Origin: Acanthaster planci
Lineage: Eukaryota
Direction of reading: 5' to 3'
DNA: 24,276 nucleotides
NCBI RefSeq assembly: GCF_001949145.1
Contig: NW_019091360.1
Location: forward strand, 186,001-210,276
The translations under genes were made by a program, and so were the position numbers. Of the stretch, positions 10,520 to 21,089 are shown one piece after another; the stretch's first letter is position 1, and each line of letters starts with the position of its first letter. Below the pieces are notes generated by a model, which had not been told where the DNA came from, ran no database searches, and saw only the letters and a program-made list of their open reading frames with translations.

Positions 10520-11845
10520 GAATACACTCTTCAAAGCCCTATATCTCCTAGGGTAGATGTTCGATCGGCTTGAAATCTTGCAGATACAGTAAAATCTGGA
10601 TAAGTCAAAGCTCAGGGAATGGACAAAAAGTTAGAGTTATCTGACGTTCGAGTTATGGAAAGCTACATGCTTCAGTGCACATGCAACCTTACTGGCTTAT
10701 GGCAGTTGGCCTGCAAGCTGAGTCGAACACAAAGTGGATTTTAGGCTATCCCTACTGTGCAAGTTTTCTTCAAACATCATCATTAAACATGTTTTTATGT
10801 GGTACATTAATGAACAATAAACCAATGAAGTTATGTACCGGTGCCTGTGTCTACATCTTGACAATTCATTCATTTGCTTTGCTTAATCGGGCTGTTATTG
10901 CATAATGCAGCGCGCGGGCCAGTCAGTAAGGGTTTCCGTGCTGGGTCACGTGATACATGTATAAAGCGCTTGAGGGTGCATTATTCGTGCCTGATTTAGG
11001 CTGCATCCGAATCTCTTGTCTAGAGCTAGGTCTTGGTATTCACTCCATGGAGACACGCAGACAATAAACCTAGCCATAGCTCTGGAAGCCCTTTTCGGAC
11101 ACAGCCTTTTTTACAGTTGTGGTTGATGCCCACCCAGTGCTTGTCGACGTGACAATGGCAGCCAGTGTGAACATGCTCGGCTCATCAAAGAAAAGCAAGT
11201 AATGACTCATAATAAAGGCAAGCATTCTTTCATCGCATTTTATTCATCATTCTTCAGTGTTTTTTTTAATTGGCTTACCAAACCTTCGAGATAAGCAGCT
11301 TTAGTGGTATTGACGTTTCAAGTTATTGATAGTTTATTGTGCATAAAAGCCTATTCTTTTGTCGGGAGTACAGAAAGACGTCAAGGTAAATGGAGTTTCG
11401 ACTTAACAGGCTTTGACTTATCGAGATTTTACTGTATCTTCAAAGGTGAGGGCTTTAGAGGAATATTGACCTTATGTGATGATGACGTCACGAGGAGACA
11501 TGGCATTAAAGGTGCACTCTTTAAGGCCCTATATCTCCTGAAATAGCTTTCCTGATGGGTTCTTATCTTGCAGCTATCGTGAAAAGGGAGTGGTTTAGAG
11601 GAATGTTGACCTTACCTAATGATGACGTCATCAGGAGACAAGTCAAGTGACATCAAAGGTACACTCTTTAAGGCCCTATATCTCCTGAAGTACACTTTCC
11701 GTCAGGTTGAAACTTTGCAGATAACTTGAAAGAGAGGTGTTATATAAAATTGACTTGATGTGATGATGACGTAGTTGTTCAAATGTACAAAAGAATGCGA
11801 AAAAGCCCTCTGTTGTCCAACAGACAGACAAGCTCTCGTTTGTTT
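10520..11845 (+). repeat. Non-coding modular repeat (family B): three ~140-bp units, the first split by a MITE
   Basis: Unit cactctttaaggccctatatctcct...ttgcagata...gaggaatattgacc...gatgacgtca starts near 10523, 11513 and 11660. A small hairpin tctgttg-tc-caacaga lies near the end. Confidence 0.7.
10587..11434. mobile_element. Tc1/mariner-superfamily (pogo/Tigger-like) MITE, 848 bp
   Basis: 25-bp TIR CAGTAAAATCT(G/C)GATAAGTCAAAGC with one mismatch. TA duplication at 10585-10586 and 11435-11436. Removing it restores cttgcagata|tcttcaaagg of the flanking repeat unit. Confidence 0.9.
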
Positions 11846-11850
11846 CCTAT

Positions 11851-12959
11851 TTTTTAACTGCTTCAGCAACTGCCGAAACAGCTATTGCTTTTCTGATTAT
11901 TTTTTTTTCATTTACTTTTTTTAAACTCCATTCCTTGCACCAGTCAACTTTGGCAGTTTACTAAATTTGATCGACTTCAAACTTAGCAGACAATCATTCA
12001 CTGATGGTCCTTGAAGAAATTTGTGATGATCACGTCATCATGTGATTTCTTTTTGAATTTTGAATTATAAATTTTTCCTATAGACTTTGTACACAGATTG
12101 CATGCAGTTTTCGGACTGTCCTATATCAGGCTATGAGGGCGCTATTGCTGAATTACGGTTACACCTGCCTGGGGTTTCAATTTTCAACAAATTGTCCTAT
12201 ATTGAACCATAGGTGGCATTGTTGCACAACATTAAGACTGTACCTGAGCTTCAATTTTTTGCCATAGGGTTTGTACACAACTTAATGCTCGAGCAGTCCT
12301 CAACTTTGACCGAGAATTACTTCCAGAACGAAAGAGAAATCAGACTAAATTTTCCCTTTCATTCGATTGCAATTATACCCAAGAGTCGGATAATCAAATA
12401 ATATTTCATAAGTTTTTCTAGTTTAGACAAAAAAACACGTGACATGAAATTGATGGAGCAGTTTTCCTGCACACATGTTTCTAGCCCATTGACTTAGTAC
12501 ACATTTTCAAGCCACAATTTTGGTTACTTTGCAATGTTTGATCGTTCCCAAAGTGACAGCCAACAAAGACCCTGATGCAAGATCTATTGCAAAGAGAAGA
12601 CGTCATGATGATGTCATCACCTTATTTTATAATCATTTTTGAATATTTTATTTTTCCCGATATGTTTTGTACACGTTTTTCTACCTTACACTAGTGAACA
12701 GGTAGTCTTTACTTCGGTGCAAGATTACTGTAAGAACAGAAGAGAAATCGGGTACTTTACACTCTGTTATTTGATTTGAAATATGCCTAAGAGTCCGAAT
12801 CTGAAATAATATTTCATAAAAATTGTTCAGTTTAAGCGCAAGTCACGTGACTTCAACTTAAAGGAGCAGTGTTTCTGCAAACAAGTCTATTGCTCATTGA
12901 CTTTGTATATGTTTTCAGGCCACTATTTTGAAACCTTCGCAGTATTTGATTGCTATTAA
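11851..12959 (+). repeat. Hairpin-headed non-coding interspersed repeat (family A, copy 2), truncated by the Polinton insertion
   Basis: Same head as 9391 (tgccgaaacagctattgcttttctgatt). Internal duplication with ~408-bp period (12378 vs 12786) whose second copy stops at the AGTAGT terminus. Confidence 0.7.
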
Positions 12960-13200
12960 AGTAGTAGTAAGTATAAGAGAGTTCGGGACCAACCTCCTTT
13001 TCTCACTCTGCTCCCACGCTCCAACGCACAACACAGACCCTTGCCGGGGTTTCCCATTCACTTACCTTGACCTTTGACCCAGTACTTTCCATAAAAACTC
13101 GAAGCTCTACTTGGGAATTCCCCTCCCTTTCCCAACCGCTACAAGTCTTGGCTTGCCCGGCCTATTTATGACGCGACTCTGTTTTAGGTAAAATGCGCTA
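12960..13200 (+). promoter_or_regulatory. Probable left terminal inverted repeat / origin and PolB promoter region
   Basis: The AGT iteration is typical of Polinton ends. Contains GGGGTTTCCC (13046-13055), TGACCTtTGACCC (13068-13080) and GGGAATTCCC (13113-13122). The partner TIR is not in the window. Confidence 0.55.
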
Positions 13201-13243
13201 TGTTTACGACCTCCTTAAATAAATGGACTATTAATAAAAAATC

Positions 13244-16200
13244 ATGTCAAGTCAAGTCGAGAGAAAAAATGAGATTAATTTTAAAAACCTATACATAAAT
13301 AGAGACATGAACACCCCAAAACACAGACCACTATTATCGACCTTCAATCGATTTAAGAAGGCATTTTTAGCAGATTTTGTCAAGCAGTATAACATTCCAT
13401 TACTGGCACCCAAGCCTAAATCACACACTAAGCCTAAACTTGTTCTAGCCATTCAAACGAACCAAAAGCAATTCAGGTACCTCCCACGTCAGTCATATCG
13501 CCAGCTCTTAAAACGGTCCAAGATAACAATATCCCATTTACACACACAGGCAGAGTTCTGAAGCAAGATCTCATCAAAGCCATTAAAAATTACACCAAAC
13601 CAGAGGAAATTGCAGAAGTTGATATAAGAAATGTGAGATGCTTTCAGGGTAACTACCACAATTGGGAGCTAATACCCAGCTTCCATGAATACGATCTCAT
13701 ACACTTTTTTGATTTTTACAAGAGTTACATTGAGAAGAAAGCATTAGACAAATTTAGAGAAATCAGCTCTAATAAATTACGAATCGCCCTCAAAGTCCAG
13801 TTCAAATTGGAGAAACCTGACAAGACCGAGTAAGGCACATTCACCTTCCCGAGCCAAAATAAAGTGGTTGTAAGTACAATTGACATTTTAAATGCACTCA
13901 CAAAGCAAAGACATAAACAGATTGAGGACGTGGAGGCTCACACTCAACGCGGATCAGGGTGGGTCTTTGATAAAGTAGTCGCCTTTTACATTAACGTGGT
14001 GATACATGATCCGGTAGGCGCGACTTACATTCCACTGCCTCAGCAATTGGCACTTAAGGAAGCAATCATTAACGTTCAAAATAAAGAAGACCAAGAATGT
14101 ATCTGATGGGCATTGAGAGCAGCTTTAAGTTATACACAGACAATGTTAAAAATAAATTGGAAATCAACCCAAGATATAAAATACATGAAGATCGGCCCTC
14201 AACTTACAGAAGCAGATGGCCTAAATTTCACAAACGTAAATTTCCCAACACCAATTTCACAAATCCCACGCATCGAATCACAGAATAATCTGTCCATTAA
14301 CATATTTGGTTATAACAATTAAGACGGCATTTATATACTTTATAAAACTAAGCGCATAGGTCAACCAATAAATTTACTTTACTTTTCACAAGGCGAAACG
14401 AGCCATTATTGTTGGATCAAAAATTTCTTACGGCTGATAGGTGACGTTAATAGACACAACGGTAAATCATTTTGGTGCTTTAACTGCATGTCACACTTCC
14501 AAACAGAAGAAAAATTAACAGACACAAAGAAGATTGCCAAGGGTTAGACAAGGCACCTTGTAAAGTTGAATTACCCACCAAAGGTAAAACATTTTACAAT
14601 TTGAAAACCATAAAAACAAACAAGATACGCCTTTTGTCATTTACGCCGATTTTGAGTCTGTTTTGGAACACCTTCCACCGACTTCATCAAACATGGTCAA
14701 GACCCAGATCCATAAGCCGTGTGGTTATTCATATGTTGTCGTTAGATGTGACGGTAAATGCACGAGTCAAAAGATGTACAGAGGTCAAGATGCAGCGGGT
14801 GATTTTGTGAGGTCAATTTCAGAAGAAACCTGTAAAATTAATGAAAAATTTGAAAATCCAAAGCCACTAAAATGGTCACGCGAGTTACAGAAAATTTACA
14901 ACAATTGCTATCGCTGCTGGATTTGTGAGCAACTCATCGGCAAGACTAGAGAAACTTAATGTCAGTGCCCAATTCCAAATGAGCCAAAGACCAAAGGTGA
15001 TCGAGCGGCTTATAGTACTGTAAACAAATCTGGTTTTAGAGAACTGCTCTGTAAGACATGCACAAAGCCAATAAATATGTTCCGCATGGTCAGAGATCAT
15101 TGTCACATGACGGGCAAGTACAAAGGTCCCGCACACGCAAACTGCAATCTCATGTTAAGAGTCGTGCATAATCAGACACCCGTACCAGTGATTTTACACA
15201 ATTTGGAGAAATATGACACACATTCAATTATGCAGGGCGCTTATGAGTTTAACGCTGAAACTTATATCTCGTTCCTAGGTTCCTAGACTCATTTCATTTC
15301 ATGGCGGCTTCACTTGATCGATTGGTTAAAAACTGTTCACCTGATGATTTCAACCTACTTTGCGAAAGATTCCCAAATAACAGCGACATGCTCTTAGAAA
15401 AAGGCATTTATCCTTATGAATGTATCGACTCATTTGATAGATTTGAGGAAACAAACCTACCACCAATAGAGACATTTTATAGCTCTTTGAGGCAGTCCAC
15501 CGTAACGGAAAGGGAATATGCCCGTGCACAAAAAGTATGGCAAACTTTTGATTGCAAAAATCTCGGAGACTACCACGACCTATACGTACAAAAGGATGTG
15601 CTACTACTGGCGGGTATATTTGAAAACTTCAAACCGCAAAGTCTGTAGAAAGAACTACGGTCTTGACCCAGTGAATTATTACACATCACCGGGTTTATCA
15701 TGGGAGGCTCTGTTAAAGCACTCTGGTATCAAGTTGGAACTATTGACAGACATAGACCAACAATTATTCTTTGAGAGAGCCAAACGAGGTGGTATCTTGA
15801 GCGCGGGTGCTTAGTGCTAAGCCAAGGCAAACAATCCAAAATTACCTGACTATGATCCAAATAAGCCAACGTCACACATTATGTATCTAGATGCTAACAA
15901 TTTGTACGGCTGGGCCATGGCCGAGTTCCAGCGGGTCAAGACTTAGACAAGTTTTCCGTCGAATACATTTCTAAACTTTTGCCAAATGATTCATGGGGAT
16001 AAATGTTTGAAGTGACTTTAAATTTAATACCCAAAATATTTACATTCATCACAATGATTTCCCGCTGGCGCCTGAAACTTAGTTGTTCCAAATGAATGGT
16101 TTTCAGACTACCGAAATAACCTGATTAACAAAGTTCAGCGAGTAATCTCGGTAGACAAACTCGTGGCGACTTTAGGCACTAAACATAAATACGTAGTGCA

Positions 16201-17135
16201 TTACCGAATGTAACAAAAGTACCTGGAACTCGGTCTTCAGTTAAAACAAGTTCACTGCATCATGTCATTTAAACAGGCACCTTGCATGAAGAGTTACATC
16301 GATAAAAGCACCGAACTGCGCAAATTAGCCAAATCCGATTTTGAGAAAGACTTCTTCAAATTGATGAACAATTCAGTTTTTGGTAAAACCATGGAAAATG
16401 TAAGATCCGGAATCAACAATCATTTATTAAGAGATGTGCAGGATGCCACCAAGTACAAAACATTGACCTTTAAACCAAACTATAAATCGACTACACCTTT
16501 TACAAGAATGTGACCTTTCATTCGTGGAAATGATTTGCGTAAAAACCAAGTTAAATAAACCAATTTACTGCGGAGTGAGCATACTCGACTTGTCCAAGAC
16601 CCTAATGTACAATTTCCACTATAACAAACTAAAAACCAATCCTGGTGATAAAATAAATTTACTTTACACTGACACCGATTTTCTGTTAGTTCAGATCCAA
16701 ACCAAAAATTTAACTGACTACTTGAATAACAAACGCGAGCTATTTGACTTTAGTAACTATCCATCCCTCCATAAACTCTACGAGCCCAAAAACAAAAAGT
16801 CATGGGTAAGATGAAAGACGAATTTGGGGGTAAGGTCATTTCAGAAGTTGTTTGCATTAGGCCTAAAATGTATTCGATTTTAACGGGAGACCAAAATTTA
16901 AAGAAGGTGAAAGGCATCGCTAAAGCAGTCACTGAAAAACACTTGTCGCATGCTGCGTATAAAAATTGTTTATTTGAACGACAGTAACTTTTTAATAAAC
17001 AGCAGTTCTTTAGATCCGACAAGCACCAAATGTACACCATTACACAAAATAAGCTGAGTTTATTGCCTCTAAACACTAAATGTTACGTTTTACCAAATGG
17101 CATAGATATGTTAGCTTATGGACATTATAAAGCAG
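13244..17135 (+). pseudogene. Protein-primed family B DNA polymerase (pPolB), many frameshifts and stops
   Basis: GSGWVF; YIPLP; ExoI VIYADFES; VRDHCHMTGKYKGPAHANCNL; ExoII HNLEKYD; KGIYPYE; ExoIII YVQKDVLLLA; motif A YLDANNLYGWAM; motif B KLMNNSVFGKT; motif C YTDTD; GKMKDE; KKVKGI; terminal LAYGHYK. Confidence 0.95.
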
Positions 17136-18136
17136 TTTTCTCAGGCAGTAATTCGGTTTCTCCAGGTATTAATCAAAGCTCTTCTCTAACAAAACTGCAC
17201 TTGGGCCCGTTTAATAAATAATACAAAGTAGGACCCGTTTTCACTCACCTACCATTGACCCGTTTAAATTTACTCATGCGTTTTTCAATTTGATAAACGT
17301 CACAGACCAGACGGCATTGGTCGCCCTTCTGATGGTGCCTCCCTCCTGCTCGCCGGACAATAAGGGTACCACTCTGAAACGTCAGGGCCAAGTTCACACG
17401 ATTTGCTTTTAACAGGTGCTGCTGGTGTTTGTTTAACTCGGTCTAATTTGATAGCTTCTGCGAGCTCTTTGTCGATTAACCTGGTCTTTTCCTCATTTAA
17501 CGATTTCACGACTTAAGGCAAACGTTCCACCCATTCCACGTTACGAATGCCTATGTTTAACATTTCTTGCACGTATTGATGACTGAATAACCTTTCGGCT
17601 TAAGTCCAATTAAACCGTTCTACAATTCCCTGTGATCGATGTACCCCGGGTTCCCCCAATTGTACCAAAACGCCTTTCTTAACGAACGCCTTTTTAAACT
17701 CGCCTTTAAATTCCGACCCAAAGTCTACGTTAATTACCTTGGGCCAAGTCAAAGGCGATCTTTTATAAATTTGTTTCACGGCTTCTAACACTTGATCAGT
17801 GGTTTTACTGGTCAATGGTTCTGCTTCTTTATACCTAGAGCCCACATCTACTACGGTTAAGGCATATTTAAAAGTTTTACGGTTCACTTGATCCCAAGGC
17901 AAATACAAAATATCCGTAATTAGTTGCTACGGACTCTGATTGTAAAGTCATTGACCTCGGCACATAATTGGGTGCAGGGAAATAAATTTGAAAATAGCCT
18001 GCTTTTTTAACCAATTTCGAATTTTTGACTTGTCTGCACCGGTCTTTTCGTATAAATGGTCGATGGCACTTTCTCCTTTCCAATAGCCCTGTGTACTGTA
18101 AAACAGTTTTTTTTAAGTTTCTTCCCTTCCTTCCAT
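17125..18136 (-). pseudogene. Retroviral-type (rve/DDE) integrase of the Polinton
   Basis: DILYLPWD...KYALTVVDVGSRYKEAEPL...NVDFGSEFKGEF...HRSQGIVERFN, then EWVERLP and a C-terminal GPKCSFVREEL...LLPEKTAL*. Disrupted by stops and frameshifts. Confidence 0.92.
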
Positions 18137-18176
18137 TTTTTAAAGTTAAAGCTTTTTAAAATAAACTTAAATAAAA

Positions 18177-18594
18177 ATGGCGAGTATTGCAATGATGATA
18201 GGCAGAGCTGTAGTTAACGCACTAGCTTTCACCAGCAGCTTTTTTTTTAGCGGCCTGACTAGAAACCAAGTAGACAAAGAACGCAAGCATCACGACCTTG
18301 CCTTGGAACAATTGGTACACGCAAAGAAAATCTGGGCAGAAAATCGCGTGCACATCCTAGACTTTCTAAACAAACGTATGAAACAAGAACGTATTAGTCA
18401 ACACACATTTGTAAACGTGGAAGAAAGCCTTGCGAGCTTACAGTGAATTGACAAGTAAACAGGTGTTGCCGTTACCTCCAGAGCCAAAGTTGTCTGATTT
18501 CTATGTGCCACCAGAAGATCAAAAGGTGAGAGATTTAGTGTGGATTCTAGGGAGAACTGCTTTAGTAGGTTTTTTGGTTTATCGGTACATTTAA
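18177..18594 (+). pseudogene. Small Polinton protein with hydrophobic N- and C-termini and a central helical region (one frameshift near 18446)
   Basis: MASIAMMIGRAVVNALAF...ERKHHDLALEQL...LDFLN continues in another frame as LPPEPKLSDFYVP...LVWILGRTALVGFLVYRYI*. Confidence 0.6.
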
Positions 18595-18614
18595 ATTCAC
18601 CTTATTTTAAAAGA

Positions 18615-18854
18615 ATGGATTATCAATTATCAGAACTGAAAGCTGATCTAAGTAAAATTGAGGAAATGCTCAGCGACATGCGTTCAGACGTGAATCAAAT
18701 TGGAGACATGGTTTTAGAAGTTCAAAAATTTTTAGCAGAAATGGAATCTGAAACATTTCGTAAAAAAGCCCAATTAATGGAATATGAAGAAATGTTCTTT
18801 GTGGTGGGTGTATCGTTAATTGCCTTTTCTTTCTTTTTAAAGATTTTCCAGTAA
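18615..18854 (+). CDS. 79-aa coiled-coil protein with a C-terminal transmembrane anchor (tail-anchored, SNARE-like topology)
   Basis: Intact ORF from ATG 18615. Heptad-rich MDYQLSELKADLSKIEEMLSDMRSDVNQIGDMVLEVQKFL, ending in hydrophobic MFFVVGVSLIAFSFFLKIFQ. Confidence 0.6.
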   Translation: MDYQLSELKADLSKIEEMLSDMRSDVNQIGDMVLEVQKFLAEMESETFRKKAQLMEYEEMFFVVGVSLIAFSFFLKIFQ

Positions 18855-18920
18855 GAACCAAGTTTTAAAAAGTAAGACAAATTTAATACGTAAGATTTAA
18901 AATTAGTATATATTAAGAAA

Positions 18921-19300
18921 ATGTCGCATTAATACACTAAAAAGCTAAACCCGAGTCACAGGCTCAAAGTGCCTCGTGCGATCAAGGGCGAAAGACGGGA
19001 GGTAACAATCACCCACAATCCAAGCACAATCGCCGCAGGTCACACGTTGAACGTAAAATTCCCAGCCTTAGGAGTAGAAGATGTAATCGTAACGGGTACC
19101 GCAAAGTTGGCTTTTAAACTTGATTGGCTTGATTTTAGAAGTTCTGACAATAACATGGCACACGGATCAGGCCGGCCCTTGGGTGGTGGTGGCGATATAT
19201 CAATTCAAATGGAAGGCGAGGCAGAAACTGCAGGCCCGTTGACGATGTACATGTTTTGGGGTCATGGACGCGCAGTTGACTATCAAGTTGAGTTTAATTT
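18921..19300 (+). pseudogene. Probable major capsid protein, internally deleted (N-terminal and C-terminal segments fused)
   Basis: N-terminal KKLNP...KGERREVTITHNPSTI...VKFPALGVEDVIVTGTAKLAF joined to C-terminal WLDFRS.DN..HGSGR...ISIQM...AGPL..Y and frameshifted VMDAQLTI. These resemble ends of MCPs I recall from invertebrate Polinton-like elements, and the gene sits directly upstream of the ATPase. Confidence 0.6.
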
Positions 19301-19314
19301 AAAACGAGTCTACA

Positions 19315-19919
19315 TAAAAATCCTCCCTGCGCCTTAATTGTGGGTAAAACCCAGTGGATCTTAGATCTCCTCAAAACCGAGTATCAATTTGCATTTGAGG
19401 CTATCGTTATTATATGTCCCATGTTATTTAAGAACAAGACTTATTCAGGGCAATTACAGATCCTTACCCACGAAAAATGTACATTTATGCGACCTAGATA
19501 GTGAACGACTTGAATTAAATGAGGCGATTGAAGTTTACCAAAAGGTGTTTGACGGGGTAAATACCTTTTTCATTATAGATGATTGTGCGGCCGATCAATT
19601 CATTTAATATCGTAAAAAACCTTAAGGAAGCAGTACATGCGCGTTGATTAAGATGGCATTTAGTGGGCGCCATTACCGGCATAGTTACTGGTTATTATTA
19701 ACACAAAAGTATAATTTGGCGCTAAAAGACTACTGCAAGAACACGGCGTGGACCACCTTATTTCACTGCAAGGATAAGAACTCATTTGACCAATGTTTAG
19801 ACAAAAACAACGTTGTACCAGAAGAAGAGCGAGATCAATTGAAACAACACTTGCGCGACGTAAAGTTTAGCAAATTGATTCTAAATACCGAGCCGCCTGT
19901 GAATTATGTGCTTCAATAA
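19315..19919 (+). pseudogene. A32/FtsK-HerA-like genome packaging ATPase
   Basis: CALIVGKTQWILDLL (shortened Walker A), IVIICP, NKTY, Walker B TFFIIDD, and AFSGRHY..SYWLLLTQKYN (Arg finger and sensor Q). Confidence 0.85.
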
Positions 19920-19958
19920 AAATGACAAAATTTTGAAAACTTGTATAAAAGTAGAAAG

Positions 19959-20421
19959 ATGAACCATAAAATGTGTAATCATTGTCAAAAAGTAAAAGGC
20001 CTCTCTGATTTTAGAGCCAAACCAAATGGTGCTATTAATTTGGAGTGAAATGGATGTATCGATAAAGAGACAGAGACACAATAATAACAGGTGTGTGCAT
20101 GGCCGGCAGAAGAGACAGTGCAAATTATGTAATGATCCCATCAAAGTCACGATTTGCGAATGGCTCTATCACTGCCGCCAAAATGATAAACATAAAAGAT
20201 TTGATGCCGATCACTATATAGACACAGACTTTTGCCGAGGGTTAATCGAAGATTATAAACACTGTTATTATTACGACTGTGGGCAAAAGCTCCAGCACAT
20301 AGAGTATAAATCTTACCTAGGTACTATAGAGCGACTAGACAATTCTTTAGGCCACATTAAGTCAAATTAGGTACTCTGCTGTTTGAGTTGCAACTCAAAG
20401 AGAAAGTCAAACAAAAAATGA
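19959..20421 (+). pseudogene. Cys-rich zinc-binding HNH (His-Me finger)-type endonuclease
   Basis: CNHC N-terminus; CVHGRQKRQCKLC; HCYYYDCG...TIERLDNSLGHIKSN*VLCCLSCN with an in-frame stop at 20368-20370. Confidence 0.7.
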
Positions 20422-20638
20422 ACTAACTGATGAACTAGCTTGAATGAGTTAAAGATTTGTTTAAATTGGCTGTAGCTGGGCTAATGCAGTCTGGCTACAC
20501 CAATTTTTTATTTCGTTATAATAAAATAATAACAATGTTACAATTAATTCAAGTAGTTATAGAACTAATTATTGCAGCTAATTTGACTTAATACAACTGG
20601 GAATATTTATACGCAAAACACATATTCAACAAATTTAA

Positions 20639-20700
20639 CCACTTCCTGCCGGGGACTCCGGAATCGGAGACGTGTGGTTTATATGCGTGGCCAGGTCAAA
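20639..20700. mobile_element. Solo piggyBac terminus related to the 7958 end of the upstream piggyBac
   Basis: TTAA(20635-20638)+ccacttcctgccggggactccggaatcggag...ttatatgcgtggc aligns with the reverse complement of 7900-7962 (ttaaccacttccagccgggggctccggtactggag...ttatattcgtggc). Confidence 0.75.
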
Positions 20701-20809
20701 GGAAACAAAGGAAACAGGGCCCTGTAACAAAAGACATTACCGGCATTTTTCACTCTCAAAAGTGGTGATAATCCAGCCTTGTTTTGAAACCGTATACCAG
20801 GGTTTGGGG

Positions 20810-21089
20810 AATTGAGAGCGAGCGGGTGAATCAAAGAAGTACTTAAGCAAAGAATTCAGCGTTAAAGATATTGAATCAAGAAAAACTATTTAATTTATAC
20901 GAAGTTAAATTTGCCAAAGAGATCGTTAAAACCTTGGGTCACTCGATTTTAAGCTTATATTCAAGATTATTAGGCATTGCATGTCCAGTAGAATTTTTGG
21001 GCTTCAACGTCAATTTGGCATCTAAAGAAGCACTAACGAAAGATTTAAACGATGACCCGATCATTAGTCAGACAATGGGCATTTTTTAA
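20810..21089 (+). pseudogene. Polinton hypothetical protein fragment
   Basis: GESKKYLSKEFS...KLFNLYEVKFAKEIVKTLGHSILSLYSRLL...LTKDLNDDPII. Helical protein whose 5' part abuts the piggyBac fragment. Confidence 0.45.
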
